From positions 96,001-160,000 of the forward strand of contig CAXXET010000004.1 of the NCBI GenBank assembly GCA_963666115.2: 64,000 nucleotides of DNA, read 5' to 3'. The DNA comes from Dehalococcoidia bacterium (GTDB lineage Bacteria; Chloroflexota; Dehalococcoidia; UBA6926). The notes beneath the pieces were generated by a model. That model worked only from the letters and a program-made list of their open reading frames with translations, made no database searches and was not told where the DNA came from. A program made the position numbers and the translations under genes. Position 1 is the first letter of the stretch, and each line of letters begins with the position of its first letter. Shown here piece after piece: positions 1-9,190 of this stretch.

Positions 1-1469
1 TCATCTTCCTCAAGTACATCTCCGATGCCTTCGAGGAAATGCACACCTGGTTGGAGTCGATGACGGCTGAGGGATACGACCCGGAGGACATGGATGAGTA
101 CCGGGGCGAGAATATCTTTTGGGTTCCGCCAGAAGCGCGCTGGTCGCGCTTGAAAGAGCAGGCGCGGCAGTCGACTATCGGCCGACTGGTGGACGACGCT
201 ATGGCCGCTGTGGAGCGCGACAACCCGGGGCTCAAGGACGTGCTGCCCAAAGATTACGCCCGACCTGCCCTGGACAAGGCGCGTCTTGGCCAGCTGATTG
301 ACATGATCAGCAACATCCGGGTAGGAGACGCAGAAGCGCGTTCCAGGGATGTCTTGGGCCGAGTGTACGAGTATTTCCTGTCCCAGTTCGCCAGCGCCGA
401 AGGCAAAAAAGGCGGCGAGTTCTACACCCCGCGCTCAGTCGTACGCCTCCTGGTGGAGATGCTGGAGCCATACAGGGGCCGCGTCTATGATCCCTGCTGC
501 GGCTCCGCCGGCATGTTCGTCCAGTCGCTGGAGTTCATCGACGCCCATGCCACCGGGAACGGCAACGGCGGCAAGGCCCGAAGCCGCGTTTCCATCTGGG
601 GCCAGGAGTTCAACTACACAACCTGGAAGCTGGCAAAGATGAACCTGGCTATCCGGGCCATCGACCATGACAATATCGCCCATGGCAACAGCTTTCTCAA
701 CGACCGCCATCCCGACCTCAAGGCCGACTACATCCTGGCCAACCCGCCCTTCAACGTCTCAGATTGGAACGGGGAACACTTGCGGGATGACAGGCGGTGG
801 AAGTACGGCCTCCCGCCCGCCGGCAACGCAAACTTCGCGTGGGTGCAGCACTTCATCCATCACCTGTCCCCGCGCGGCACGGCAGGTTTCGTCCTCGCCA
901 ACGGCTCCATGTCGTCCAACCAATCCAACGAAGGTGAGATCCGCAAGAACATCATCGAGGCGGACCTGGTGGACTGCATGGTGGCTCTGCCCGGCCAGCT
1001 CTTCTACTCCACCCAGATACCCGTCTGCCTCTGGTTCCTCTCCAAAGATCGCAGAGGCGGCAACTACCGGGATCGGCGGGGCGAAGTACTGTTCATCGAC
1101 GCCCGCGCGCTGGGGCGCATGGTGGACCGCGTCCACCGGGAACTGACTGACGACGACATCGCCCGCATCGTCGGCGCCTACCACGCATGGCGTGGCCACT
1201 CCCCTCTCCCCCAGGGAGAGGGTCAGGGTGAGGGCTACGCCGACGTCCCCGGATTCTGCAAAAGCGCCTCGCTCGAAGAGATTCAGCGGCACGGCTGCGT
1301 CCTCACCCCCGGCCGCTACGTCGGCGCAGCCCCGCAAGAAGACGATGGGGAACCCTTCACGGACAAGATGGCCGCCCTCTCAACCCAATGGCGAGAGCAG
1401 CAAGCGCAAGCCGCCAAACTGGACGCCGCCATAGAAGACAACCTGCGTAAACTGGGGTTTGGAGGATAA
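1..1469 (+). CDS. hsdM: Type I R-M methyltransferase subunit M (5' end lies before the window)
   Basis: [16 protein letters not shown] (motif I), NPPF (motif IV), PGQLFYST and LTPGRYVG motifs; the frame is open from the window start. Confidence 0.96.
   Translation, partial: IFLKYISDAFEEMHTWLESMTAEGYDPEDMDEYRGENIFWVPPEARWSRLKEQARQSTIGRLVDDAMAAVERDNPGLKDVLPKDYARPALDKARLGQLIDMISNIRVGDAEARSRDVLGRVYEYFLSQFASAEGKKGGEFYTPRSVVRLLVEMLEPYRGRVYDPCCGSAGMFVQSLEFIDAHATGNGNGGKARSRVSIWGQEFNYTTWKLAKMNLAIRAIDHDNIAHGNSFLNDRHPDLKADYILANPPFNVSDWNGEHLRDDRRWKYGLPPAGNANFAWVQHFIHHLSPRGTAGFVLANGSMSSNQSNEGEIRKNIIEADLVDCMVALPGQLFYSTQIPVCLWFLSKDRRGGNYRDRRGEVLFIDARALGRMVDRVHRELTDDDIARIVGAYHAWRGHSPLPQGEGQGEGYADVPGFCKSASLEEIQRHGCVLTPGRYVGAAPQEDDGEPFTDKMAALSTQWREQQAQAAKLDAAIEDNLRKLGFGG
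1201..1234 (+). repeat. Palindromic repeat family C, in-frame inside hsdM
   Basis: cccctctcccccagggagagggtcagggtgaggg encodes the [11 protein letters not shown] segment; near-identical copy at 31347-31380. Confidence 0.85.
1440..1468 (+). repeat. 29-bp direct repeat, copy 1 (hsdM 3' end)
   Basis: aacctgcgtaaactggggtttggaggata, identical at 1901-1929. Confidence 0.95.
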
Positions 1470-1558
1470 GCAGACGCATAGATCGAAGTCGTAGAATAGA
1501 CACGATGACAATCACACCAGGTCGCAATGGCCTGGCCTACTGGGCAATGGAGAGATAG

Positions 1559-1843
1559 ATGATTCGGCCAACTAAGGTTGAGGCGCGAGAGGGATACCGG
1601 ATATGGATTCGCTATTCCGACGGTGCGGAGGGAGAAGTTGACCTCTCGGCCCTTGCCGGCAAGGGCGTCTTTGCCGCCTGGAATGAGCCGGGCTATTTCG
1701 ACAGGGTTCACATCAACGAGGCCGGCGACGTCGCATGGAGTGATGAGATCGACCTCTGCCCCGAATCCCTCTACATGGACCTCACCGGCAAATCCGCCGA
1801 AGAAGTAATGCCCGGCCTGCTGCCCAGGACCCAGGATGCCTGA
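1559..1843 (+). CDS. DUF2442 family protein (putative antitoxin)
   Basis: 94 aa, YRIWIRYSDGAEGEVDLS...VAWSDEIDLCPESLY pattern; RBS ggaga. Confidence 0.8.
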   Translation: MIRPTKVEAREGYRIWIRYSDGAEGEVDLSALAGKGVFAAWNEPGYFDRVHINEAGDVAWSDEIDLCPESLYMDLTGKSAEEVMPGLLPRTQDA

Positions 1844-1894
1844 GATCGGGCGCAGCGCCATGAGCCGCCCGGCAAGATAGACCCGCTCCCGTAG
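1836..1894 (+). pseudogene. Internally deleted DUF4160-like remnant
   Basis: ATG CCT GAG ATC (MPEI) overlaps the DUF2442 stop and is joined out of frame to ...HEPPGKIDPLP-stop; these resemble the two termini of DUF4160 partners. Confidence 0.5.
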
Positions 1895-1900
1895 GAACAG

Positions 1901-1929
1901 AACCTGCGTAAACTGGGGTTTGGAGGATA
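1901..1929 (+). repeat. 29-bp direct repeat, copy 2
   Basis: Identical to 1440-1468. Confidence 0.95.
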
Positions 1930-1932
1930 GCG

Positions 1933-2178
1933 ATGACTGTCAATGAACTGGCCCAATTGCTGGCGGCATATCCACCCGACCTGCGCGTGGTGGTGGACGG
2001 CTACGAGGACGGCTACGACGACCTATCGCCGGAACAGCTCGCTATGGCTAAGGTTGCCTTGGATGTGGGAGACCAGGATTGGGTCGGCAAGCATGGAGAT
2101 GCCAACTATCTGCCTCAAGAGAAGCTGGTCGGCCTCAAGGTTGAAGAGGCTTTGGTTCTGCGTCGGACGTCGCACTAA
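1933..2178 (+). CDS. Small acidic hypothetical protein
   Basis: 81 aa, MTVNELAQLLAAYPPDLRVVVDGYEDGYDDL; the RBS ggagg is supplied by the duplicated hsdM end. Confidence 0.7.
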   Translation: MTVNELAQLLAAYPPDLRVVVDGYEDGYDDLSPEQLAMAKVALDVGDQDWVGKHGDANYLPQEKLVGLKVEEALVLRRTSH

Positions 2179-2219
2179 GGAGTGTGGAAGGGCTAGGCGA
2201 CCTGCGAACAGATTCAGTC

Positions 2220-3092
2220 ATGACCGAGACAACTAATCCCGACCCAAGGACGCTCAGCTTCTCCCAGGCCAACGGCTACGAAGACTTGCCTCAGCCACTG
2301 GCCTTAGAAGAAGTCAGCTATGACGCGCGCCGCAAACTTTGGGACCTTTTGTGGCTATCCGCTTGGGAACATGATTGGGATGACTGGGCCACGGACTATT
2401 GGCCTAATGTCTTTCAGACTCTCCATCTAGAGTTCATGAAGGAGCCTCTGGATGAGTTTGACGCTGATGCGGATGTAATACGGAAAATTTACAGGCCCCT
2501 GATCCTGTCGGATCTTTCATTTCACATCTTGTTTGATTTGTGGCAGATGATTATGCGGCATCGTCGGTGCCCAAAAACGTTTGTTAGTACCACTGCGGCG
2601 ATCTTTGAGGAATGCCGCCTCGCTTACGTTGTGGATACGACCGGCCCGCCAACGATACTCCCTGCCGCGACTCCCCAGGAGGGCGAGGCATTGATCGCCG
2701 CTCTGCGAAATCTAAAGGATGGTGGCTATCTGGGGGCAGAGACTCACCTGCGGGAAGCGGGAACCCAGATCAACGCCGGAGAGTGGGCGGAGTCGGTTCG
2801 CGAGAGCATTCATGCGGTGGAATCCGTCGCCCGCGTGCTTGACCCCCAAGACACCAACACCCTGGATGACGCGCTCAAATCGTTGGAGAAGCAGATTCGA
2901 ATTCATCCCGCTCTCAAAGGTGCCTTCAGCAGGCTGTACGGCTACACGTCTGACGAGACGGGAATCAGGCACTCCCTGCTGGAAGACGACACCTCGCCTG
3001 TCGGTCGTGACGAAGCTGTCTTCATGCTCGGGGCCTGCGCCTCTTTCGTCACCTATCTCCTAAGCAAGCGCCGCGCAGGAGTATCCCCATGA
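2220..3092 (+). CDS. AbiJ-NTD4-like protein with C-terminal HEPN/Abi_C-like domain
   Basis: N-terminal SFSQANGYEDLPQPLALEEVS..RRKLWD; C-terminal ESIHAVES..LYGYTSDETGIRHSL; ATGA overlap with hsdS. Confidence 0.72.
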   Translation: MTETTNPDPRTLSFSQANGYEDLPQPLALEEVSYDARRKLWDLLWLSAWEHDWDDWATDYWPNVFQTLHLEFMKEPLDEFDADADVIRKIYRPLILSDLSFHILFDLWQMIMRHRRCPKTFVSTTAAIFEECRLAYVVDTTGPPTILPAATPQEGEALIAALRNLKDGGYLGAETHLREAGTQINAGEWAESVRESIHAVESVARVLDPQDTNTLDDALKSLEKQIRIHPALKGAFSRLYGYTSDETGIRHSLLEDDTSPVGRDEAVFMLGACASFVTYLLSKRRAGVSP

Positions 3093-4282
3093 CCTCCCCA
3101 CCATCCCTTCCCAACGGCTGGCGCGAGGTGACGCTTGGCGACGTCATGACTTTTCAGCGTGGCTTTGACTTGGCGCAAACTAAGCGCATACATGGACCAT
3201 ATCCCGTGATTGCATCCACAGGCGAGGTCGGAAATCACAACGAGGCAGCGGTCAAAGGGCCTGGAGTAGTAATAGGTCGTTCCGGCAGTTTGGGCGGCGG
3301 TCAATACATCCGCGGCGACTACTGGCCCCTGAATACTGCCCTCTGGGTCAAAGATTTTCACGAGAATGACGTGAGGTACTGCTACTACCTTCTCGGCTCT
3401 CTTGACCTGGCTCAATTCAACGCTGGAAGTGGTGTCCCCACCTTGAATCGGAATCACATACACCCGCTTCCAGTCAAGGTCCCCCCGCTGCAAGAACAAC
3501 GCGCCATAGCCCACGTCCTCGGCACGCTGGACGACAAGATCGAGTTGAACCGCCAGATGAATGAGACGCTGGAGTCCATGGCGAGAGCCCTGTTCAAATC
3601 GTGGTTCGTCGATTTCGAGCCGGTGCGGGCCAAGATGGAGGGCCGGTGGCATCGAGGAGAATCCCTCCCCGGCCTCCCCGCCGAGTTGTTCGATCTCTTC
3701 CCAAACCGCCTAACCCCCTCCCAACTAGGCGAGATTCCAGAGGGCTGGCAGATAAAGCCGCTGGGAGAGGCGATTGAGTTGGCGTATGGTAAGGCTTTGA
3801 AAGCCGACAGCCGAAGGCCCGGCGATATTCCTGTCTATGGCTCAAATGGTCAAGTTGGCTGGCATGATGAGGCTCTGGTCAAGGGCCCCGGCATTGTAGT
3901 TGGAAGGAAAGGGAACCCGGGTATCGTTACGTGGTCTCAAACCGACTTCTTTCCCATTGACACCACCTTCTACGTAGAACCTGCCGATGGTGAACTCAGC
4001 ATGGCGTTCTTGTTCTATTCGCTCTGTCGGCAGGATTTGCCGTCAGTGGCCGCCGACTCTGCCGTACCTGGGCTAAATCGCAACCTCGCCTATTCGAACG
4101 CACAATTGCTTCCTGCGTCGGATGTGCTGCGCGAATTCGATCATACTGTTGAGACGATGTTCGCACAGCGCAACCAACTTGAAACTGAATCCCGCGCACT
4201 GGCCGCACAACGGGATGCCCTGTTGCCGCGGCTGGTGAGCGGAGAGGTGAGGGTGGATGGGGGGAGTAGAATAACAGCATGA
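3089..4282 (+). CDS. hsdS: Type I R-M specificity subunit S
   Basis: Two TRDs separated by the conserved EQRAIAHVLGTLDDKIELN..LFKSWFVDF..LGEIPEGW; ends RDALLPRLVSGEVRV. Confidence 0.95.
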   Translation: MTSPPSLPNGWREVTLGDVMTFQRGFDLAQTKRIHGPYPVIASTGEVGNHNEAAVKGPGVVIGRSGSLGGGQYIRGDYWPLNTALWVKDFHENDVRYCYYLLGSLDLAQFNAGSGVPTLNRNHIHPLPVKVPPLQEQRAIAHVLGTLDDKIELNRQMNETLESMARALFKSWFVDFEPVRAKMEGRWHRGESLPGLPAELFDLFPNRLTPSQLGEIPEGWQIKPLGEAIELAYGKALKADSRRPGDIPVYGSNGQVGWHDEALVKGPGIVVGRKGNPGIVTWSQTDFFPIDTTFYVEPADGELSMAFLFYSLCRQDLPSVAADSAVPGLNRNLAYSNAQLLPASDVLREFDHTVETMFAQRNQLETESRALAAQRDALLPRLVSGEVRVDGGSRITA

Positions 4283-4767
4283 TGATGAGCGAAAACATGC
4301 GGAAGTCCCGCTTCTCCCTGTCGTATATCGAGGCAGTTGCATCGCATGCTGGCTTTCAGGTCGTCGAGCCTAAGGTGGACGAAGACAGCGTCGACGGAAT
4401 CTTGATGGGCGATTTCGGCAAGAGACCTCGAATCGAGTTTCAAGCCAAAGCGACTAGTCAGAACATTCTGCGTCCTGACGGCGTCCATTTTGACCTGCCA
4501 GTAAAAAACTACGAGGAATTGCGTCTGGAGACCATCGTTCCGCGGATATTGATAGTGATGCTGATGCCTGATTCACCGGAGGATTGGCTAAACCAGTCAG
4601 CGGATGAGCTTTGCTTGCGTCGCTGCGCATATTGGAGGTCGCTCAGGGACGAGCCCGCCACATCGAACAGTGACAGCGTCATGGTTCGATTGCCAACAGA
4701 GTATATTTTTGACAGTGATCGCCTCAGATGGATGATGGAACAGACCGAAAGGACAGGTGCGCTGTGA
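4279..4767 (+). CDS. DUF4365 family PD-(D/E)xK-like nuclease
   Basis: DEDSVDG..IEFQAKAT..PRILIVM..AYWRSL; overlaps the hsdS stop. Confidence 0.78.
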   Translation: MMMSENMRKSRFSLSYIEAVASHAGFQVVEPKVDEDSVDGILMGDFGKRPRIEFQAKATSQNILRPDGVHFDLPVKNYEELRLETIVPRILIVMLMPDSPEDWLNQSADELCLRRCAYWRSLRDEPATSNSDSVMVRLPTEYIFDSDRLRWMMEQTERTGAL

Positions 4768-5906
4768 ACATTGACATTCGCGACCGTCCCGCGCTGGGAT
4801 CCATTCCGATTATCAATCTTCGCTCTTACCTCGCATCTCGCGGCTGGACTGATTCAGGTAAGTGGGGAGAACGGCCAGTCGCGTTGTTTGCAGCCGAGCG
4901 GCACGGGAGAACGTGGGAGGTCTTGGTGCCGCTCCGCGACACCCTGGGCGGATACGCGGAAAACATGGCTGATGCGATTTCAGTCTTGGCAGCCGTAGAG
5001 GAACGGTCACAACTTGATATCTATAACGATCTGGTGGCTACGGGGGCCGATGTCGTTTATCTGCGTTCTCCGGTCGGCTCCAGCATGGAGACGCCTTCTA
5101 TACGACAGAGCTCCGAGATGTTGAGCGACGCCTACAAGATGCTTGAAGCTGGGGCCAGGGCGGTTGAAAAACCACGAGCCATTTACAGAGGCAAACTAAG
5201 TGCAGATGTTGCAGAGTATCTGGACAATGTGAAGCCGATGCCGGGATTCTCGGCATCCTTCGATCTAATGCTGCGCTCCCCTGTTCCAATGAGCTTTGAC
5301 ACCCAACAAGACTTGGGAGATGACTTTCAAGCCCCCTTCCCGCGTCTCGTTACACACAAGCTGGCCGAAGGCTTGAAGCATACTTCCGAAGCCGTTGAAA
5401 GTGTTCTGGCCCAAGACAACCTCGACTCATTCAAACAGGGCATCAATCGCGGCATAAGCGCGAATCTCTGCGACTCAATAGCCGATTTGGCGCATCGAGC
5501 CGAGGGGATCACAATCGGGCTTTCTTGGGCAGGAGTACGCCCTGCGAACATTGAAGACTCAACCTTCCGATTTTCATCTGCTTCAGCGGATATATTGACC
5601 GAAGCAGCAAAGTCCCTGCGAACCAAGGAAACGTCGTTCGACGAGACGATCATGGGACTTGTCGTCCGGCTAGAGAAGGAGCCAGGAGAATTTGACGGCA
5701 GGGCTACGATCGCATCCATCTGGGATGGACGGCTGACGCGAATGAATGCGGAGTTCGAAAAACCACTCTACGAAGAGGTCATTCGCGCCTTTAGAGACCA
5801 AGTTGACGTCTCTCTTGAAGCAGACGTTCATCCGTCCGGCAACGCGTTTCAGCTGCGCAACATCCGTAATCTCGTAGTCCATGCAAACGCTGCTCAGCCT
5901 GTATGA
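4764..5906 (+). CDS. Hypothetical protein, partner of DUF4365
   Basis: GTGA overlap with DUF4365 and ATGA overlap with hsdR; about 380 aa open frame; no catalytic motif recognised. Confidence 0.8.
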   Translation: MNIDIRDRPALGSIPIINLRSYLASRGWTDSGKWGERPVALFAAERHGRTWEVLVPLRDTLGGYAENMADAISVLAAVEERSQLDIYNDLVATGADVVYLRSPVGSSMETPSIRQSSEMLSDAYKMLEAGARAVEKPRAIYRGKLSADVAEYLDNVKPMPGFSASFDLMLRSPVPMSFDTQQDLGDDFQAPFPRLVTHKLAEGLKHTSEAVESVLAQDNLDSFKQGINRGISANLCDSIADLAHRAEGITIGLSWAGVRPANIEDSTFRFSSASADILTEAAKSLRTKETSFDETIMGLVVRLEKEPGEFDGRATIASIWDGRLTRMNAEFEKPLYEEVIRAFRDQVDVSLEADVHPSGNAFQLRNIRNLVVHANAAQPV

Positions 5907-7369
5907 CCACGCTCACCGAAGCCGTCGTTGAAGAGGCCGCCCTTCACTGGCTGACCGCCCTCGGCTGGAACGTCGCGCACGGGCCGGACATCGCGCCGGG
6001 CGCCCCAAACGCGGAACGTGACGATTTCCGTCAGGTCATGCTGGAGCAGCGGCTGAGAGACGCCCTCGAGGAATTGAACCCCGCCCTGCCCGCCTCGGCA
6101 ATCGACGACGCCTTTCGCAAGCTCACGCGGCCCGACGGCGCGACCACGGAAACGCGCAACCGCGCATTCCACCGGATGCTCGTCAATGGCGTCACGGTGG
6201 AGTACCCGGAAGGCGAGGGACGCATTCGGGGGGCGCAGGTTCGGGTCATTGACTTTGATGACCCCGGAAACAATGGCTTCCTCGCCGTCAACCAGTTCAC
6301 TGTCAACGAGAACCGCAGCGCCCGCCGGCCGGACGTCATCCTTTTCGTCAATGGCCTGCCCCTGGGCATCATGGAGTTGAAGAATCCGGCGGATGAGGAC
6401 GCCACCATCTGGACGGCATGGCAGCAGCTCCAGACCTACAAGGCAGAGCTGCCCACCCTGTTTTCCATGAACGAGGCGCTGGTGGTCTCGGACGGCATGA
6501 CCGCCCGCCTCGGCGCGCTGACCTCCGGCCGCGAGTGGTTCAAACCCTGGCGCACGACCACCGGCGAGGCTCTCGCAGATTCCCGCATGACCGAGCTGCA
6601 GGTGATGCTGCAGGGCGTATTCGAGCCGCGCCGGTTCCTTGCCATGATCCGTGACTTCATCGTGTTTGAGGACGACGGGGGCGGCGCGCTTGCCAAGAAA
6701 ATGGCAGGCTACCACCAGTTCCACGCCGTCAGGGTTGCCGTCGATGAGACCCTGCGGGCGGCGGAACTACAGCGCGATGAAGCCGGGGTCGTGGAAGCGG
6801 GCGGCAGGTATGAATCCGGCAGCATGGCGGGCGGGCAACCCGGCGACCGTCGCATCGGCGTCGTGTGGCACACGCAAGGCTCCGGCAAAAGCCTGACGAT
6901 GGCTTTCTACGCGGGCGCGATTGTGCGTGAGCCTGCCATGGAGAATCCGACTATTGTCGTCCTCACGGACCGCAACGATTTGGACGACCAGCTATTCGGC
7001 ACGTTCTCCCGCTGCCAAGACCTGCTGAGGCAGCCGCCGACGCAGGCGGATAGCAGGGCGGACCTCCGGAAAAAGCTGTCCGTCAACGCAGGCGGCATCG
7101 TCTTCACTACCATCCAAAAATTCTTCCCGGAGGAAAAGGGGGATACGCACCCCACGCTTTCGGACAGGCGCAACATCGTCGTGATAGCGGATGAGGCGCA
7201 CCGCAGCCTCGCAGGCTACACGGCTACACGTCTGACGAGACCTGCAAAGACTAATGCGCTCTTGTCGTGGCTGATGCATAGAGAAGTTATGGTGGCAGGC
7301 ACTCTTGACGCAACCTCCATAGAATGGCACCTAAAGCGCGGTCAGGGGCACGCATGCTCTGGTGTATAA
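5903..7369 (+). pseudogene. hsdR: Type I restriction subunit R, truncated after helicase motif II
   Basis: [18 protein letters not shown] nuclease, WHTQGSGKS Walker A, then DEAHRS; homology ends at about 7208 and the remaining helicase motifs are absent. Confidence 0.9.
7211..7241 (+). repeat. 31-bp copy of an AbiJ gene segment (2929-2959) at the hsdR breakpoint
   Basis: gcaggctacacggctacacgtctgacgagac vs gcaggctgtacggctacacgtctgacgagac (2 mismatches). Confidence 0.85.
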
Positions 7370-7404
7370 TGAGTGAGCAACCTAATGTGTCAGGAGCCTC
7401 AGGA

Positions 7405-8517
7405 ATGTCCAGTGAAATTGAGCAGACAGACGATTTAGAGGTGGTGGACGAAGCCGAAGAGTCCGACGAGGCTTCTCCCTTCCGGTACCAGATAACAGCA
7501 TATGGCGCAGATTACCCCGTAGACGCCTTAGTGAAGAGGATTGCTTCAAAGGATATTGTAGTGCCGCGGTTCGATCCAGAAACGCCGGCGGAGGGCATCA
7601 GGGGCTTCCAGAGGCAATTCGTCTGGAATAAGGGCCAAAGCGATAGGTTTATCGAGTCGCTTCTGCTTGGCCTGCCGGTCCCCGGCATATTCCTTGTAAG
7701 CCAAGAAGATGGCCGCCTTCTTGTGCTGGATGGCCAGCAGCGGTTGCTGACTCTATACTCGTTTTGCTCAGGTGACACTCAGGCGAGAAAGCACAAATTA
7801 GAGCGAGTTCAGGATAGCTTTGCTGGGAAGACATACCAGACGCTTGATTTGGCAGACAGGCGGCGGCTTGATGATAGTATAATTCACGCCACAATCGTTA
7901 GGCAGGATGAACCATCGGATGATCAAAGTAGCATCTACATGATATTCGAAAGGCTTAACACGGGAGGTACGGCACTGCAGCCGCAAGAGATTCGCGTAGC
8001 TCTCTATGGTGGACCGTTTATGAACTTGCTGCGCGATTTGAATGAGTTCACGGCATGGCGAGATTTTTTTGGTACGAAGTCTACGCGCCTCAAAGATCAA
8101 GAGCTCATATTGAGGTTCTTCAGCCTGCTCTATAGGGAGCAGGATTATAAGCCACCTATGAAGGACTTCCTGAATCTCTATGCTAGCGAAAATCGTAAGT
8201 TGAATATTCAAAATGAAAGTGAACTTCGAGAGATTTTTGAATCCACAGTGAAAGCTCTCCGTCAGAGCTTGGGGAATCGTGCCTTTCGATTGGCTAACCC
8301 CCTTAATGTGGCAGTCATGGAGGCCGTGATGGTTGGGGTTGCTGCGCGCATACGTGAGCACGGCTTAATCACTGATTTGTCGGGGATTAATCAAGCTTAT
8401 AGAAACTTGCTTCTAAACAGTGCCTTTTTGGATTCTGTGACCAGCGGCACCACTCAAGAGGGAAACGTGAAGACCAGGCTGAGTCTCGCGAAGACGGCAA
8501 TGAAAGAACTAGTGTAG
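7405..8517 (+). CDS. DUF262 (ParB-like/GmrSD N-terminal) domain protein
   Basis: FQRQFVW, FIESLLLGLPVP, DGQQRL and IFERLNTGG motifs; RBS aggag at about 7392; alternative ATG at 7369. Confidence 0.9.
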   Translation: MSSEIEQTDDLEVVDEAEESDEASPFRYQITAYGADYPVDALVKRIASKDIVVPRFDPETPAEGIRGFQRQFVWNKGQSDRFIESLLLGLPVPGIFLVSQEDGRLLVLDGQQRLLTLYSFCSGDTQARKHKLERVQDSFAGKTYQTLDLADRRRLDDSIIHATIVRQDEPSDDQSSIYMIFERLNTGGTALQPQEIRVALYGGPFMNLLRDLNEFTAWRDFFGTKSTRLKDQELILRFFSLLYREQDYKPPMKDFLNLYASENRKLNIQNESELREIFESTVKALRQSLGNRAFRLANPLNVAVMEAVMVGVAARIREHGLITDLSGINQAYRNLLLNSAFLDSVTSGTTQEGNVKTRLSLAKTAMKELV

Positions 8518-8525
8518 GAAGTTCG

Positions 8526-8990
8526 GTGAAGACGCGCGCTGTTGTCGACAGAAAAAACAGGCTCGATGCTGTCTTTTCCCGGATTTCGAATCTCCCGGAA
8601 GAATCGTTGCAAGTCAGGGCAGATTTCGCAGCTTATCTCTGCGTATTGACATGTGGTTTCCTTGAGGCAGCCGCTTCTGAAATTGCGTTGGAATATTGCA
8701 GAGACAAGTCATCTCCAAGAATCCAAAATTTTGTGGAGAATCGTTTGCAACGTCCCAGCAACATGAATGCTGAGCAACTGAGACAATTGGTCGGCTCTTT
8801 TGATTCTGGATGGGGTGAAAGAATTGCCGAGTACTTGCAAGGCGCCCGGAAAGAGGCAGTGGATTCCTTGTACGCAAACCGGAATCGCATTGCTCATGGT
8901 GATCCTGTTAGCCTGACTTTTTCAAGAGTGCAGGAGTATTATGGAAAGGTCAGCGAAGTTGTTGAATATCTTGAAGAGATATTCAGTTGA
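8526..8990 (+). CDS. HEPN RNase (MAE_28990/RiboL-PSP-like)
   Basis: CGFLE helix and RNRIAHG (Rx4H) motif; 8 bp downstream of DUF262. Confidence 0.85.
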   Translation: MKTRAVVDRKNRLDAVFSRISNLPEESLQVRADFAAYLCVLTCGFLEAAASEIALEYCRDKSSPRIQNFVENRLQRPSNMNAEQLRQLVGSFDSGWGERIAEYLQGARKEAVDSLYANRNRIAHGDPVSLTFSRVQEYYGKVSEVVEYLEEIFS

Positions 8991-9190
8991 ACTTTGCGAC
9001 AATCCCTTCTTGTGACCACCTCGCCAGTTCTGGAATTCAAGATGCTTCCCTTGCTTGCCTGAGCGGCCCTAACTGGCAAGCGGAGCACAGGCCGAAGGTT
9101 ACGTTCCAACTCTGCGATCAGACGCCATCCAACACCTCAACCCCCTCCCAAGTCAACCCTCCCCATCCCCAGCCGCCTCCATCGTCATTC

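Noticed and set aside
3089-4282. Phase-variable (invertible) hsdS
   Set aside because: The two TRDs are related, but no silent hsdS copy, inverted repeats or invertase were seen
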